Positions 1-13,759 of a stretch of DNA of 64,000 nt are shown here, one piece after another (within the stretch, counting starts at the first letter, position 1; every line of letters begins with the position of its first letter). This DNA is from the human T2T-CHM13v2.0 reference genome, Homo sapiens. Where the stretch lies: NCBI RefSeq assembly GCF_009914755.1, contig NC_060929.1; one strand, given 5' to 3'. Under the pieces are notes generated by a model that saw only the letters and a program-made list of their open reading frames with translations, was not told where the DNA came from and searched no databases. The position numbers and the translations under genes are program-made.

Positions 1-335
1 GTGATAATGGTGAAAAAAATAGATGAATAGATCAAGGGAACAGAATGCAAAGCCCAGTTGACATGTATATGGTCAACTGATCTTTGAAACTGGAGCAAAG
101 GCAATACAATGGAGGAGGAATAGTGTTTTCAACAAATGATGCTGGAACAAGTGAACCTTGCTCAAAGATAGTGGGTCCAGATACAGACCTTACACTCATC
201 ACAAAATTTAATATATCTGGGATCACAGATCTAAATGGAAAACACAGAACTATAAAACTCCTAGAGGCTAATGTAAGAAAAGGTCTGGTGACCTTGGGTC
301 AACAATAAGAGAACAAACAACTTAGATTAAAAAGT
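1..335 (+). mobile_element. Old L1 (L1M) ORF2 fragment
   Basis: Matches L1 ORF2 3' region (tggtcaactgatctttga...caaaggcaatacaatgga...ttcaacaaatgatgctggaacaa...ctataaaactcctag); degenerate. Confidence 0.8.
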
Positions 336-571
336 AATTCACTTTTTTACATTTTTTCAATTATTGACATTTATACCAACTTTTGTTCAGGTTTATACTG
401 AAATCATGTATTTCATATATATAGTGTGTTTCTAGAGTTTCTTTTACTTTCTTTTGTTTTACTTGTTAATGTAAAAGAACTTGTTTTTATCTTCTGGATA
501 TCTTCATATCAATTCCTACTATTGCTAATCATTCTACTATAAACAACTGTTATTAGGAAACTGTTAACAGT

Positions 572-1008
572 AATGTATTGCAATATTGATTCGGTACAAC
601 ACACAACTATAAGATTTCAGTGGTGTTCAACACATTCAATTATTCCTTATTAATATAAGGTGTCCAGCTGGGCTTATTTTTATGATGGGTTCACTAGTTA
701 TATTCTGGGGTGACTGTGGTGACTAGTTTCAGTGCCACTTATCTCTCACCAACCAGAAGACAATCCCAGGGATGCTTTATGACAATAGGTATAAATGAGA
801 GAGCAAGCCCTGACATGCAAGTATTTTTTTTTCAAATCTCTGCTTATGTTGCATGTACCCACATCTCATTGGCTAAGACAGTTTTCCTGGCTGAATCAAG
901 CTGTGAGGAAGGCGGCTTTCCCATGGACGAAGGGAGCAGCAGCACTACATTGTAAATAAAATAATGCAGGAAAGGATAAAGAATGAATTAATTGCAATCT
1001 ATAACACA
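572..1008 (-). mobile_element. Old MaLR solo LTR (MLT1H-L group)
   Basis: Motifs gagagcaagccc, tttcaaatctctgcttatgttgc, catctcattggctaag, terminal tgcaatctataacaca typical of old MLT1 reverse complement. Confidence 0.5.
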
Positions 1009-1219
1009 ATCCACTCCATTCTTCTCAATAGCAGTGACTTTAGAGTCCACCAATATCTCATATAAAGTGGACCCATTAGTTTCTACATGTCCTATCATGA
1101 ATAAAGTTGTAAACCTCAGTATGGTCTGCATTCTGTCTCTATAGAGTATGTTTGATTGATAAGTTGAATTAATATCATTTTACTTTGAAAATAATAGAAA
1201 TTCAAAATAATTTTTCATA

Positions 1220-1860
1220 TTCTGTCAATTCCCAAGATCTTAATGAGAAGTCTGTTATTATTATTCTTATTTTCCTCTGCAGATGAACTGATTTTCTCTA
1301 TTGAAGAACCTAAGGGAGATCTTAATTCCTAGATTAATTCTTAAACTTGGAATTTTCAAATATCACCACAATGCATGTAATTTAGTTTTCCTTTCCTTTT
1401 ATTGTATTTTTAAAAATTGTCAATTCATTTAACCACTTGCCTTGTTACTCCTGATATTTTTCTTTTTTTATACAATTCTTTCTCTTAATCGAATATTGCA
1501 CTTCTCCAATATTGTCCTGTATATCAGTTTTTAAAATACTTTGTATTTGTTTGGCTTTTGATTCTATATTCAGAGTAATATCCTTCATGTTTTCCATTGA
1601 GCTGCTATATTTTTAATTTTTAAGAGCTCTTTTATTCATTTTTTTCAGTTGCTTATTATTTAGCATCATATTCTGCCTTCTAGGTAAAACATTATTGAAT
1701 TTGAAGACACTATAAGGATTTTTAAGGACATTATGTTTTACTCTTTGAATTATTTCTAATAACTATTTCTTTAAATATATCTGTTTTTTTAAACACTAAA
1801 TTATCTGTTTTCTTCTCACAGCATATTAACTTTGATCGCCCACTAATATTTAGAATGTGG
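1220..1860 (-). mobile_element. Highly decayed L1M (ORF1 region) fragment
   Basis: T-rich with L1 ORF1 antisense-like words (cttaatgagaagtctg, gctatatttttaatttttaagagctctttt). Confidence 0.45.
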
Positions 1861-2719
1861 AACTGACTTAAATTTTTCTAAGTGGCTGACTGGTTTTTCC
1901 TTGCTACTTTATATGTATATCTATTTTCCCACTAGTCATCAAGCTGATTTTTTACAAATTAAAATGACTGGAAACTCTGTCTGTATATAGATATTGATAT
2001 TACCAATTAGCACATGACACTCTGGTGTTAGTGAACGGAGAACATAGAAACCTAAGGATAGAGTGTATCCGGGACAACCATGATCCATGACTCAATCTTG
2101 CAAAAATATTGCTGTGGTATTTTGCCCAGTTATAAATTCAAGCTGTACATAAGTGTTTGAAGGTAGAGCTTGCATGCTTGTTGCGTAGATATGCATTAAG
2201 CAACCACCCTATTTCTAGTCTCCCTTTTATTTCTTCCCCTTACTACTTACATTATGTTCAAAGTTTTCCTGGGCTTCTATTTGACAAATGAGTTTCCCCT
2301 TCTCAGTGTCATTTATTCTGGGCTTGAATACACTCACTTTGCTCCAGTGGTCAGCATCCTTCCACTCTCAACTTATCTTCTAGAAATTTGATGTCATCTT
2401 TTGTCTATTCTCACATTTCTAACATCTTGTGATATGAATCCTTTTAATTATGTTTCTTTCACTTAAATAATGTCTTAAATGAGAAAGAAAATATAACCAT
2501 TATGAATTTTGGCTGTATGGGACAGGAAGTCAATGTGATCACTCAGTTTCCAATGAATTATGGAGACTGTTATTGCTTAAGGGTTTAATTGTTTAGTACA
2601 ACTGCCATATTGGCATAGCTATCAATTTAACACGGCATTAAATTTCTTTGCTTCACTCATCAGTGATTTTGAACCACTGCCTAATTAGATACGTAGAATG
2701 TAACTGTAGGATGTTATTT

Positions 2720-2995
2720 TTTTCCATTCAATAGGCATTTATGAAATAACTAGTCTGTTTCTAGCACAGTGTTAGATCTTATGACTTGCAAAAACAACAG
2801 ATATAGTTCATTCATCACTTATCTGTTCTAGGCATGAGGAAAATCACTTAACAAGAAACACTTTATTTAAAGCTCATATCACCCTATTGAGGTAGATAAT
2901 ATTATTTTTCTTTAATATTCACTCACAGTGACTCACCCATAAGTGGTAGAGCAGACTAAAGACTCTGGTTTTTCTTTCACCCAAGACTGTATTGT
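2720..2995 (-). mobile_element. L2/MIR relics
   Basis: cattcaataggcatttatg...ctagcacagtgttag (L2 3' end antisense); accctattgaggtagataatattatt...aagtggtagagcag (MIR core). Confidence 0.5.
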
Positions 2996-3714
2996 TAGAC
3001 AATTTCAAATTATTCAGAATTTGGTCTCAAATAGTACTAGAATAGTGAAAGAAACAGGAAGGTAAGCAATCATTTTAATATGAATGATGTTTATTCTTCT
3101 GCATTCCCTAATTTCTGCCCTTTTATTCATGGCTTCTTACAGGAATATATCATGGCCTTTTAGCTCCCAAATACCAAGAGTATCTATGTTTTTTAATTTA
3201 CTCAAGTAGCTCAATTAGGAGAGGCAGAGTCAGAGAGAAAGTGATCATGCATCATTATCTTTAAGATAGGTTTCTCCATAAATTTCCTCCTCAGGAATTA
3301 GCAATATTTTTTTCAAAAAAGGAATATGTTTGTTCATATTGTGATCTAAGTAGGGCTTCTAAGGCTTCATGAAGATAGATTTGAAACTCAAAAATAGTAT
3401 TCAGCCGGACAGATTGAGCATAGCCCCACACTTTGAAATTTTATTAAATGTCTAACTCTAATCACCATAAGACCAGATATTTTACTCATTTGGGGAAGAT
3501 TAAAAAAATAAAGTGATTGCCATTGAATGAGTCAGCAGCCCATCACCATTCATAAGTAATGTTTGTAAAAGGCAGAATAGTGAGAAATAAAATATTTGAG
3601 CCAAATTGGATAGCTTTTTGCTCCATCCCTATATAACAAATAAAACTTCACACCATACTTGCAAACATGGAAACCTTTGTCAAAACTCCCAAGTGGGGCA
3701 GACACCTACTGCAT

Positions 3715-3726
3715 ATGTGTGTGTGT

Positions 3727-3768
<42 letters not shown>
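3715..3768. repeat. Compound (TG)n(TA)n microsatellite
   Basis: Directly visible. Confidence 0.95.
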
Positions 3769-3771
<3 letters not shown>

Positions 3772-3779
3772 AACAAAAA

Positions 3780-4394
3780 AATCTGAGGAATTTCACACAT
3801 TTCCCGTGTACATATTTTAAATTTTAACTCACGTATATGAATGGATAAGCAAGAATTACTAGACATACATGAAAAATAGAAGCCCAAATTTAAAAACAAA
3901 ACAACACAAATGAAACATACAGCAAGACTTTTATGATGCAGAGCCAAATTGGAAAATAGAAAATAATTTAAAGGAATTCCAATTAGTAGTTTCTGAGAGA
4001 TTCAAGAAGACATTGGATACATAAAAATGGAATAAGCTGCTATAAAAAGGAGAAATGAGACACTATGAAACAGTTCTTAGATACTGAAAATATGATTGCT
4101 TAAATGAAATATTTAATATAAAGGCCAGAGGAAAAAAATGAAGGAACTCTCCCAAATGTAGGGGAGAAAAGAAATAGAAATGAGTAATATGAAGAAAACA
4201 TTGAGAGACATGAATCATTAATTTAGGAGGTTTGACATTTGTCTAAAATGAATTGCAGAAAAGGAAAAGAGAGGAAACAAAAAGGAGAAATTTATCAACA
4301 AAATGATAAAAACAAATTTCCCAAAAATATAAGAGACATGCCTTGAAATCACAAGTACTCACATAGCATCTGCCCGGATAGACCAGAAAAAAAA

Positions 4395-4429
<35 letters not shown>

Positions 4430-4490
4430 GGAAAACAAAATACTGAACCTTAAAGAAGCTAGGCAAATTTCAGGATTATAAAAATGTTCT
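3780..4490 (+). mobile_element. Decayed L1M ORF1-region fragment containing (CA)n at ~4398-4427
   Basis: A-rich, gagattcaagaagacatt, gaaacagttcttagatactgaaaatatgattgct, aaatttcccaaaa. Confidence 0.55.
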
Positions 4491-4627
4491 AAACTTTATT
4501 TATTCACTTGTTCATTCATCATTAGTAAGTGGCATCCTCTGGCTATAAAAATGGTGAAGGAAAAAGGAAAAGTCACTGTGTATTGAAATTTATACTCTAA
4601 TAACAATAAAATGAATGTAAACAAAAA

Positions 4628-5360
<733 letters not shown>

Positions 5361-5465
5361 ATGTTAGGTTTAACGGAGTAAAATAAAGTGGAATAAAATA
5401 AAGCATGGAATAAAGTAGAGGAAATAGCGCAAACATTTTATGTAGGGTTGTAATTGAAGCCCTCC

Positions 5466-5904
5466 AAGATGGCTAATTTTATATGTCAACTTGAGTGAGC
5501 CATGAAGTGCCCAGATATTTGGTCAAGCAGTATTCTAAGTGTTTCTTTGAGGGTGTTTTTGGATGGGTTTAACATTTACATTAATAGACTGAGTAATGTG
5601 GGTGGGTCTCAGTTAAGAAAAAGGCGGCCAGACTAGAACAAAAAGGCTGGGGAGGGAGGCCCTGGCTTTTTTTCTGCCACAGACTCAAATTGAACCATTG
5701 GCTGTTCTTGGGTTTTGAGCCTTCCGACTTTTGGACTGGAATTATACCATCTATTCCTCTAGGTCTTCAGCTTGCAAACCTATCTCGCAGATCTTTGGGC
5801 TTTCCAGCCTTCGAAATTATATAAGCCAATTTATTTTAATTTCTTCCCCTTTCGACTCTCTCAATAAATACTAATGTGTACCATAGAGAACCCTGACTAG
5901 CACA
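5466..5904 (+). mobile_element. MLT2 (HERV-L) solo LTR, MLT2C/D-like
   Basis: gatggctaattttatatgtcaacttgagtgagccatg...cccagatatttggtcaa; ends agagaaccctgactagcaca. Confidence 0.85.
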
Positions 5905-5909
5905 TGCTC

Positions 5910-6320
5910 TATACTGAGAGGATATTTGAATGGATGTTTGAAGGAAGTGAGATAGATGAAGATCTGAGGGGAAGAATATTCCACATGGAAGAAATTCTGA
6001 GAGCAAAGATGGGGGCAAGAATGAGCTTAATTACTGGGTAAATAAGAATGGAATTAGAGGGTTCAAAGCAGAGTGACAGAAAATGATAGAGATACACTTA
6101 GAGACCTGACCAAGAGAATAGCACTATGAAAGGATTTGCAAGCCAAGATCAAGAATTTGGATTTTATTTGAAGTACAGTAAGGAATAACTTCACAGCTTA
6201 GACTGGAATGTGTCATTATCTGCATCATAGTTTTTCAAAGTTCGTGTTAGCTGTTCAGTGAACACCAAACTACAAAAACAAAAGTGAAAATAAGGAGACA
6301 TTAGAAAATTCTTATAATCA
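5910..6320 (-). mobile_element. L2 fragment
   Basis: gggaagaatattccacatggaagaaattctgagagcaaag; aagaatttggattttattt. Confidence 0.55.
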
Positions 6321-7547
6321 TTCCTATCTGAAAACAAGTAGCATGATGCAAAGAGAATTCAAGAAATACAAAAGAATTGTAAAGAACTCTAGTCAGTAAT
6401 TATAAAGAGAATCAAGACAAATTCCATCTATACAAAAATGAAAAGTCAGCTATAAAAAAGAGCAATGAAAGAATAAAAAAGAATTCTTCAAAGTTTAAAA
6501 TTAAATCGACTAAATAAACCCTCTGTTGTTGCTACAGAAAGGGAAGAGGACTGGGAAATGCATACTGACCTCTTACTGTGACACAGAAATAACAAGCACA
6601 TTTACTTGTGAACAGCAAAGGAGAAGCACCGTAAGGAAAGTCCTCATTCCAGAATATATCCTATCTCATGCTGGTTGGAGGTAGAATACTACCTTAGGAG
6701 ACCAAGGAATTTTTACTTACTTCTATTTATTCATCTAGCTTCCTTGTAGATAAACCCTTTTGTTCTTCTTCTGTTTGGCTCTGCTTAATCATTTTGGCTG
6801 CCCTATTGGTTCTATTAGATTGAATAAACACAGACTCCTATTTATCTCAATTCATCATGTTAATTTTTAAAATCATTTTGTATTTTCAGTTTTTTAATGG
6901 TGAGTAATGTCTCTGAACATTTTAGTTGATTGGCTGTTGATTTTATTTCTGGAAATCCTACTTGTTAACAGCCAAATATAGAAATGTTGTTAGGTCATTC
7001 TGGTCAAATACCCAGGTCTGATTAAGTGCAATTTAACAAGTAGGTTATTACTTCTTTTTATGGCATCCGTTTACTAACAATTCTTGAGCATTCTGTCTAT
7101 TCCTTTTACTAACTTTCCATGTGCATCTAAGTATCAAGTTGAATTTTGGAAAAGTCATCATTTTGCAAAGGGGGATTTCGCACCCAGTGAGGTATGTCAC
7201 AATTATACAGATACTAGAGCTATATGTAGATCCAACATTACACGAGAGATAGTTTTATCATATTAGACTTTTTCAAACTTATTTTTTAATTTTAAGATTG
7301 ATTATAAATGATTCTTAAGATTTTGGATCACCATGCTGATATCAGAAGATTATTTTAAAAAATCAAATCATTATGAGAATTCGTGATTTACTTAGAAAAG
7401 TCTGTTCGAAACTAAGCATTGTTTTCTTTACCAACTTTTATTTTAGGTTCAAGTAGTATATATGCAGGTTTGATACATGGATAAATTACTTGTTGTGGGC
7501 ATTTGGTATAGAGATAATTTTGTCACCCAGGTAATCAGCATAATACC

Positions 7548-7989
7548 TGTATCAGTCAGGGTTCTCTGGAAGAACAGAACTAATGGAATAGATATATATA
7601 TAAAGGGGAGTTTATTAAGTATTAACTTGCACAATCACAAGGTTACACAATAGGCCATCTTCAGGCAGAGGAGCAAGGAGAACCAGTCAGAGTTCCAAAA
7701 CTGAAGAACCTGGAGTCCGATATTCAAGGTCAGGAAGCATCCAGCGTGGGAGAAAGATGTAGGCTGGGAGGCTAAGCCAGTCTCTCTTCACATTTTTCTG
7801 CCTGCTTATATTCTAGCCATGTTGGCAGCTGATTAGATTGTGCCCAGGCGGATTACAGGTGGGTCTGCCTTTCCCAGGCCACTGACTCAAATGTTAATCT
7901 CCTTTGGCAACGCCCTCACAGAAACACAGAGGATCAATACTTTGTATCCTTCAATCCAATCAGGTTGGCACTCAGTGTTAACCATCACA
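7548..7989 (-). mobile_element. MLT2A1/A2 (HERV-L) solo LTR nested in L1 3'UTR
   Basis: TG...CA termini (tgtatcagtcagggttctct...gtgttaaccatcaca); 5-bp TSD atacc/gtacc. Confidence 0.93.
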
Positions 7990-10851
7990 GTACCCAAAGA
8001 GTAGTTTTTCAATTCTCACCATCCTTCCACCTCCAACCTCAAGTAGGTCCCAGTGTCTATTGTTCTCTTCTTTGTGTTCATGTGTACTCAGTGTTCAGTT
8101 CTCACTTATAAGTGAAAACATGCACTATTTGGTTTTCTGTTCCTGAATTAATTCACTTAGGATAATGACTTTTGACTCCATCCATGTTGCTGCAAAGGAC
8201 ATCATTTCATTCTTTTCTATGGTTGTATAGTATCCCATGGTTTATATATACCTCATATTCCTTATCCAGTCCATCACTGATGGGCATCCAGGTTGATGCC
8301 ATGTCTTTGTTATTGTCAGTAGTGATGTAATGAACATATGTGTGCATAAGTCTTTGTGGTAGAATATATTCCTTTGGGTGTATACTTAGTAATAAGATTG
8401 CTTGGTCAAATAGCAGTTCTATTTTAAGTTCTCTAATAAATCTCCAGACTGCTTTTCACAGTGACTGAACTAATTTATATTCCCACCAGCAGTGTATAAG
8501 CATTCCCTTTTCTCTGCAATCTTGCCAGCATGTTATTTTTTTTGACTTTGTAATAACAGCTATTCTGACTAGTGTGAAGATGTATGTCCTTGTGGTTTTG
8601 ATTTGCATATCTCAAATGATCAGTGATATTGAGCATTTTTTTCATATACTTGTTGGCCGCCTATCTGTCTTCTTTTGAGAAGTGTCTGTTCATGTCCTTT
8701 GCTCCATTTTTTAATGGGGTTGGGTGTCTTTTCTTTGTCGATGAAGTTCCTTATAGATATTTATATTAGACCTTTGCCAGATGCATAGTATGCAAATGTT
8801 TTCCCTCATTTTATAGGTTGTCTGTTTATTCTGTTGATAGTTTCTTTTGCTATGCCGAAGCTCTTTAGTTTAATTAGATCCTGTTCGTTAATATTTGTTT
8901 TTGTTGCAATTGCTTTTGGAGTCTTTGTCATGAAGTCTCTGCTGAAGCCTAAGCTCAGAATGTTATTTCCTAGGTTATCCCCTAGGGGTTTTATAGATTT
9001 GGGTTTTACATGTTAGGTTTTAATCTATCTTGAGTTGATTTTTGTTTATGCTGAAAAAGGGAGTCAGTCCAGGTTCAGTCTTCTTCATATGCCCAGCAAG
9101 TTACCCAGCGCCATTTGGAGTCCTTTCCCCATTGCATGTTATTGCTGGCTTTGTTAAGGACCAGATGGTTGTAGATGTGTAGCCCCATTTCTGTGTTCTG
9201 TACTCTGTTTCATTGGTCTGTATGCCTGGTTTTATACCAGTACCATGTTGTTTTAGTTACTGTAGCCTTATAGTATAGTTTGAAGTAGAGTAATGTGATG
9301 ACTCTAGCTTTGTTCTTTTTGCTTAGCTTTTGGCTATTCAGGCTCTTTTTTGGTACCAGATGAATTTTAGAATTTCTTTTTCTAATTTTGTGGAAAAATG
9401 TCATTGCCAATTTGATAGGAATAGCAATGAATCTATAGATTGCTTTGGGAAGTATGGCTATTTTAACAATATTGCTTCTTCATATCCATGACCATGGAAT
9501 GTTTTCTGAATTGTCTGTGTCGCTTCTGATTTCCTTCAGCAGTGTTTTGTAATTCTAATTGTAGAAATCTTTCACCTTCCTGGTTAATTGTATTTCTAGG
9601 TATTTTGTTCTACATGTGGCTATTATGAATTAAATTGTCTTTTGATTTGACTCTCAGCTTGGACAATATTGGAGTATAGAAATGCTACTAATTTTCATAC
9701 GTTGATTTTATATCTGGAAACTTTGCTGAAGTTGTTTATCAGCTCTAGGAACCTTTGGACAGAGACTAAGGGGATTTCTATTTGTAGAATCATGTCATGC
9801 ATGAAAAGAGATTGTTTTACTTCCTCTATTTCTATTCAGATGCCTTTTATTTCTTTCTGTTGCCCAATTGCTCTGGCTAGAACTTCCAGCACTATGTTAA
9901 ATAGGAGTGGTGGGACTACAAATTCTTGTTTTGTTCTGGTTCTCAAGAGAAATGCTTTCAGCTTTTTTCTCATTCAGTATGATGTTGCCTGTGGGTTTTT
10001 CATACATGGTTCTTACTATTTTTGAGGTATGGATCTTCAATACCTCATTTGCTGAGGGTTTTTAACATGCAGGGGCATTAAATTTTACCAAAAGCTTTTT
10101 TTCCTTCTATTGAGATGATCGTGTGATTTTTGTTTTTAGTTCTGTTTATGTGATGAATCACATTTATTGACTTGTATATATTGAACCAACCTTGCATCCC
10201 AGGAATAATGCCTACTTGACCTTGGTCAATTAGCTTTTTGATGTGCTGCTAGATTCAATTTGCTAGTATTTTGTTGAGAATTTTTTAATGTATGTTTGTT
10301 ATGATATTGGTCTAAAGTTTTCTATTTTTGTTGTGTCTTTGCCAGCTTTTTGTATCAGGATAATGCCGGCTTCGTAGAATGATTTAGGAAGAAGTCCCTC
10401 CTCAGTATTTTGGGAATAGTTTCAGCAAGACTGGAACTAGCTTTCTAACACATGTGGTAGAATTCAGCTGTAAATCTGTCTGGTCCTGGGCTTTTTCTAG
10501 TTGGTAGGTTTTTTTATTACTGATTCAATTTTGGAAAACATCACTGGTCTGTTCACAGTTTCAATTTCTACCTGATTTAATATTGGGAGGTTGTATGTTT
10601 CTAGGAATTTATACATTTCTTCTAGGTTTTCTATTTTATGTTCATGGAAGTGTTCATAATAGTTTCTGAAAGTTTTTTCTGTGTTTCTGTGAGGTCATTG
10701 GAAATGTCCCTTTTGCCATTTCTGACTGTGTTCATTTGAATCTGATTGTGTTTATTTCTGTTTATTATGGTAATAGCAGCCCCTGCTCTTTTATGTTTTC
10801 CATTTGCTTGGTAGATTTTTCTCCATCTCTTTACTTTGAGTCCATGGGTGT

Positions 10852-11218
10852 TGATATGGTTTGGTTGTGTCCCCAAATCTCATCTTGAATAGTAGCTCCC
10901 ATAAACTCCATGTGTTGTGGGAGAGATCTAGTGAGAGGTAATCTAATTTTGAGGGAGAGTTTTTTTTTTTTTTCATGCTCTTCTTATGATAGTGAGTAAG
11001 TCTCATGAGATCTGATGGTTTTATAAAGGGCAGTTCCCCTGCACACACTCTCTTGCCTGCTGCTATGTAAGATGTGCCTTTGCTCCTCTTTTACCTTCTG
11101 CCATAACTGTGATGCCTCTCCAGCCACATGGAACTGTGAGTCCACTAAACCTCTTTTTCTTTATAAATTTCCCAGTCTCAGGTATTTCTCCATAACAGTA
11201 TGAAAATGCACTAACACA
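10852..11218 (+). mobile_element. THE1D/MSTA-type MaLR solo LTR nested in L1
   Basis: tgatatggtttggttgtgtcccc...ctcatgagatctgatggttttataa...ctaacaca; perfect TSD ggtgt at 10847-10851 and 11219-11223. Confidence 0.95.
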
Positions 11219-11460
11219 GGTGTCATTCTATGTTAAGTGCATCTCTTGGACACAACATACAGTTGAGTCTTGCTTCTCTATTCAACTTGCCACTGTGCTT
11301 TTAAGTGGATCATTTAGGCCATTTATTTTCAAGATATTCGTATGTGCAGAATTGATTCTGTTATCATGTTGTTAGCTGGTTGTTATGTAGACTTGATTGT
11401 GTATTTGCTTTGTCAATGGTCTATGTACTTTAGTGTTTTTTTGTGGTGGCTAGTAATAGT

Positions 11461-12486
11461 ATTTTATTTTATTATATTATATTATGTTCCAGGGTATACT
11501 TACAGGATGTGGAGGTTTGTTGCATTGGTAAATGTGTGCCATGGTGCTACATCTATCAACCTATCACCTACGTCTTAAGTCCTGCATGCATTAGCTATTT
11601 TTTTCTGATTCTCTCCCTCCCCCCATCCCCCTGACAAGACCCAGTATTTGTTGTTCCCCTCTCTGTGTCCATGTGTTCTCATTGTTCAGCTCCACCTTAC
11701 AAGTGAGAACATGCAGTGTTTGGTTTTCTCTTCCTGTGTTATGTTAGTCTGCTGAGGGTAATGGCTTCTAGCTCCATCTATGTCCCTGCAAACAACATCA
11801 TCTTGCTCCTTTTTATGGCTTCATAGTATTTCATGGTGTATATGTACCACATTTTCTTTACCCAGTCTATCATTGGTGGACATTTGGATTCATTCCATGT
11901 CTTTCCTATTGTGAATAGTGCTGCAATAAACATATGTCTGCATGTATCTTTATAACAGAATGATTTATATTCCTTTGGGTATATACCCAGTGATAGGGAT
12001 TCTGGGTCAAATGGTATTTCTGGTTCTAGTCTTTGAGGAATCACCACATTGTCTTCCATGATGGTTGAACTAATTTACATTCCCACCAACAGTGTAAAAT
12101 CATATCTATTGCTCTGCAGTCTCATCAGCATCTGTTGTTTTTTGACTTTTTAATAATTATCATTCTGACTGGCATGAGATGGTATATCGCAATGGTTTTT
12201 ATTTGCATTTCTCTAAGATCAGTGATGTGGAGCTTTTGTTCATATGTTTGTTGGCTGCATAAATGGCTTCTTTTGAAAAGTGTCTGTTCATGTCCTTTGC
12301 CCATTTTTAATGGGGTTGTTTTTTTTCTTGTGAATTCGTTTAACTTCTTTGTAGACTCTGGATATTAGACCTTTGTCAGATGGATAAATTCAAAATATTT
12401 CCTTCCATTCTGTAAGTTGTCTCTTCACTCTCATGATAGTTTCTTTTGCTGTGCAGAAGCTCTTTAGTTAAATTAGACCCCATTTG
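11461..12486 (-). mobile_element. 5'-truncated younger L1 (L1PA7/8-like) nested in older L1
   Basis: Antisense 3'UTR and ORF2 C-terminus (ORF 11778..12059: EIPFDP...LGIYPKEYKSFCYKDTCRHMFIAALFTI). Confidence 0.92.
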
Positions 12487-13759
12487 GTAAGAAATTCCCT
12501 TAGCATTTGCTTATCTGGAAAAAATTTAATATGTCCTTTACTTACGAAGCTTAATTTTGCTAGATATGAAATTCGTGGTTGAAATTTCCTTTTGTTGAGG
12601 ATGGTGAATGTAGGCCCCCAGTCTCTTCTGTTTTGTAAGGTTTCTGCTGAAACATCTTTTAAGCTGATGGGGTTCCCTTTGTAGCTGATCTCTTCCTTTT
12701 CTCTAGTTGCCATTATTATTTTTTCTTTTGCCTTGTCCTTATATAATCTGATGACAATGTGTCTTGGGGATAGTTGTCTGGTATAGTATCTTTCAGGGGC
12801 TCTCTGAATTTCCTGAAGTTGAATGTCAACCTCTCTCTAGTGAGATCGGGGTTAGAGTGGACAATTTCATGGACTATATCCTCAAATATGTTTTCCAAGT
12901 TGCTTTCTCTCTCTCCCTCTCTTTCATGGACGCCATAAGTCATTGATTTGGTATCTTTACATAATCACATATTTCTCAGATTTTTTATTAATTTTTAAAT
13001 TTATTTTTGTCTAAGTTAATTTGAAGAACTGTTCTTCAAGCTCCAACATTCTTTCCTCAGCTTGGTCTATTCTGCAGTTAATACTTCCAATGTTGTTATG
13101 AAGTTCTTGTAGTGAATTTTTCAGCTCTATCAGCTCAGTTTTGTTTCTTTCTTGAAGTGGTTATTCATCTTTCATCTCTTGAATTGTTTTACCGAATTTG
13201 TTGAAATGGGTTTCAACTTTCTCCTAAATCTCAATAACATTTGTTGGCATCCAGATTATAAATTCTATGTTTGTCATTCTAGCCATCTCATTCTGGTCAA
13301 GAACCATTGCTTGGGAGATAGTACAGTCCTTTGCGGGTAGGAGACATTCCGGCTTTTAGAGCTGTCAGAGTTCTTGCACTGTTTTCTTTCTCGTCTGAGT
13401 GGGCTGATTTTCCTTCAACTGCAGTGTAATTTGAGTATAGTCAGTTAGTTTCATTTCTGGATGTTTTCAGAGGGCTGAGGCTTTGTGCAGTGTCTTTATT
13501 TGTGCTGAACCCTTTCCTAATATACAAGTTGGTATATTAAGGAAGTATTTTTGTTGTTGAAATTTGGGTTGTGATCTAACAGATGACTTTTAAGCATAAT
13601 AACTGGTAGGAAGCTCTTGCTCAGCCACTTCACTTCACTGTATTTCCTCGCATGTGCAGCTGTGTTCCCTCTCAGTCCTCTGAGTGTATGAGCACCTTTC
13701 CCACTTAAATGTTGGTCACAGATCCCCATCTTGGCACTCCTGGGGTGCATACCACAACC

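Noticed and set aside
3606-3947. ORFs with YIYIYI/CVCV runs (also 4243-4428, 56106-56415)
   Set aside because: Microsatellite translations
8834-13340. ORFs with L1 ORF1/ORF2 similarity or antisense to them
   Set aside because: Short frameshifted fragments of dead L1 copies; no retrotransposition-competent frame
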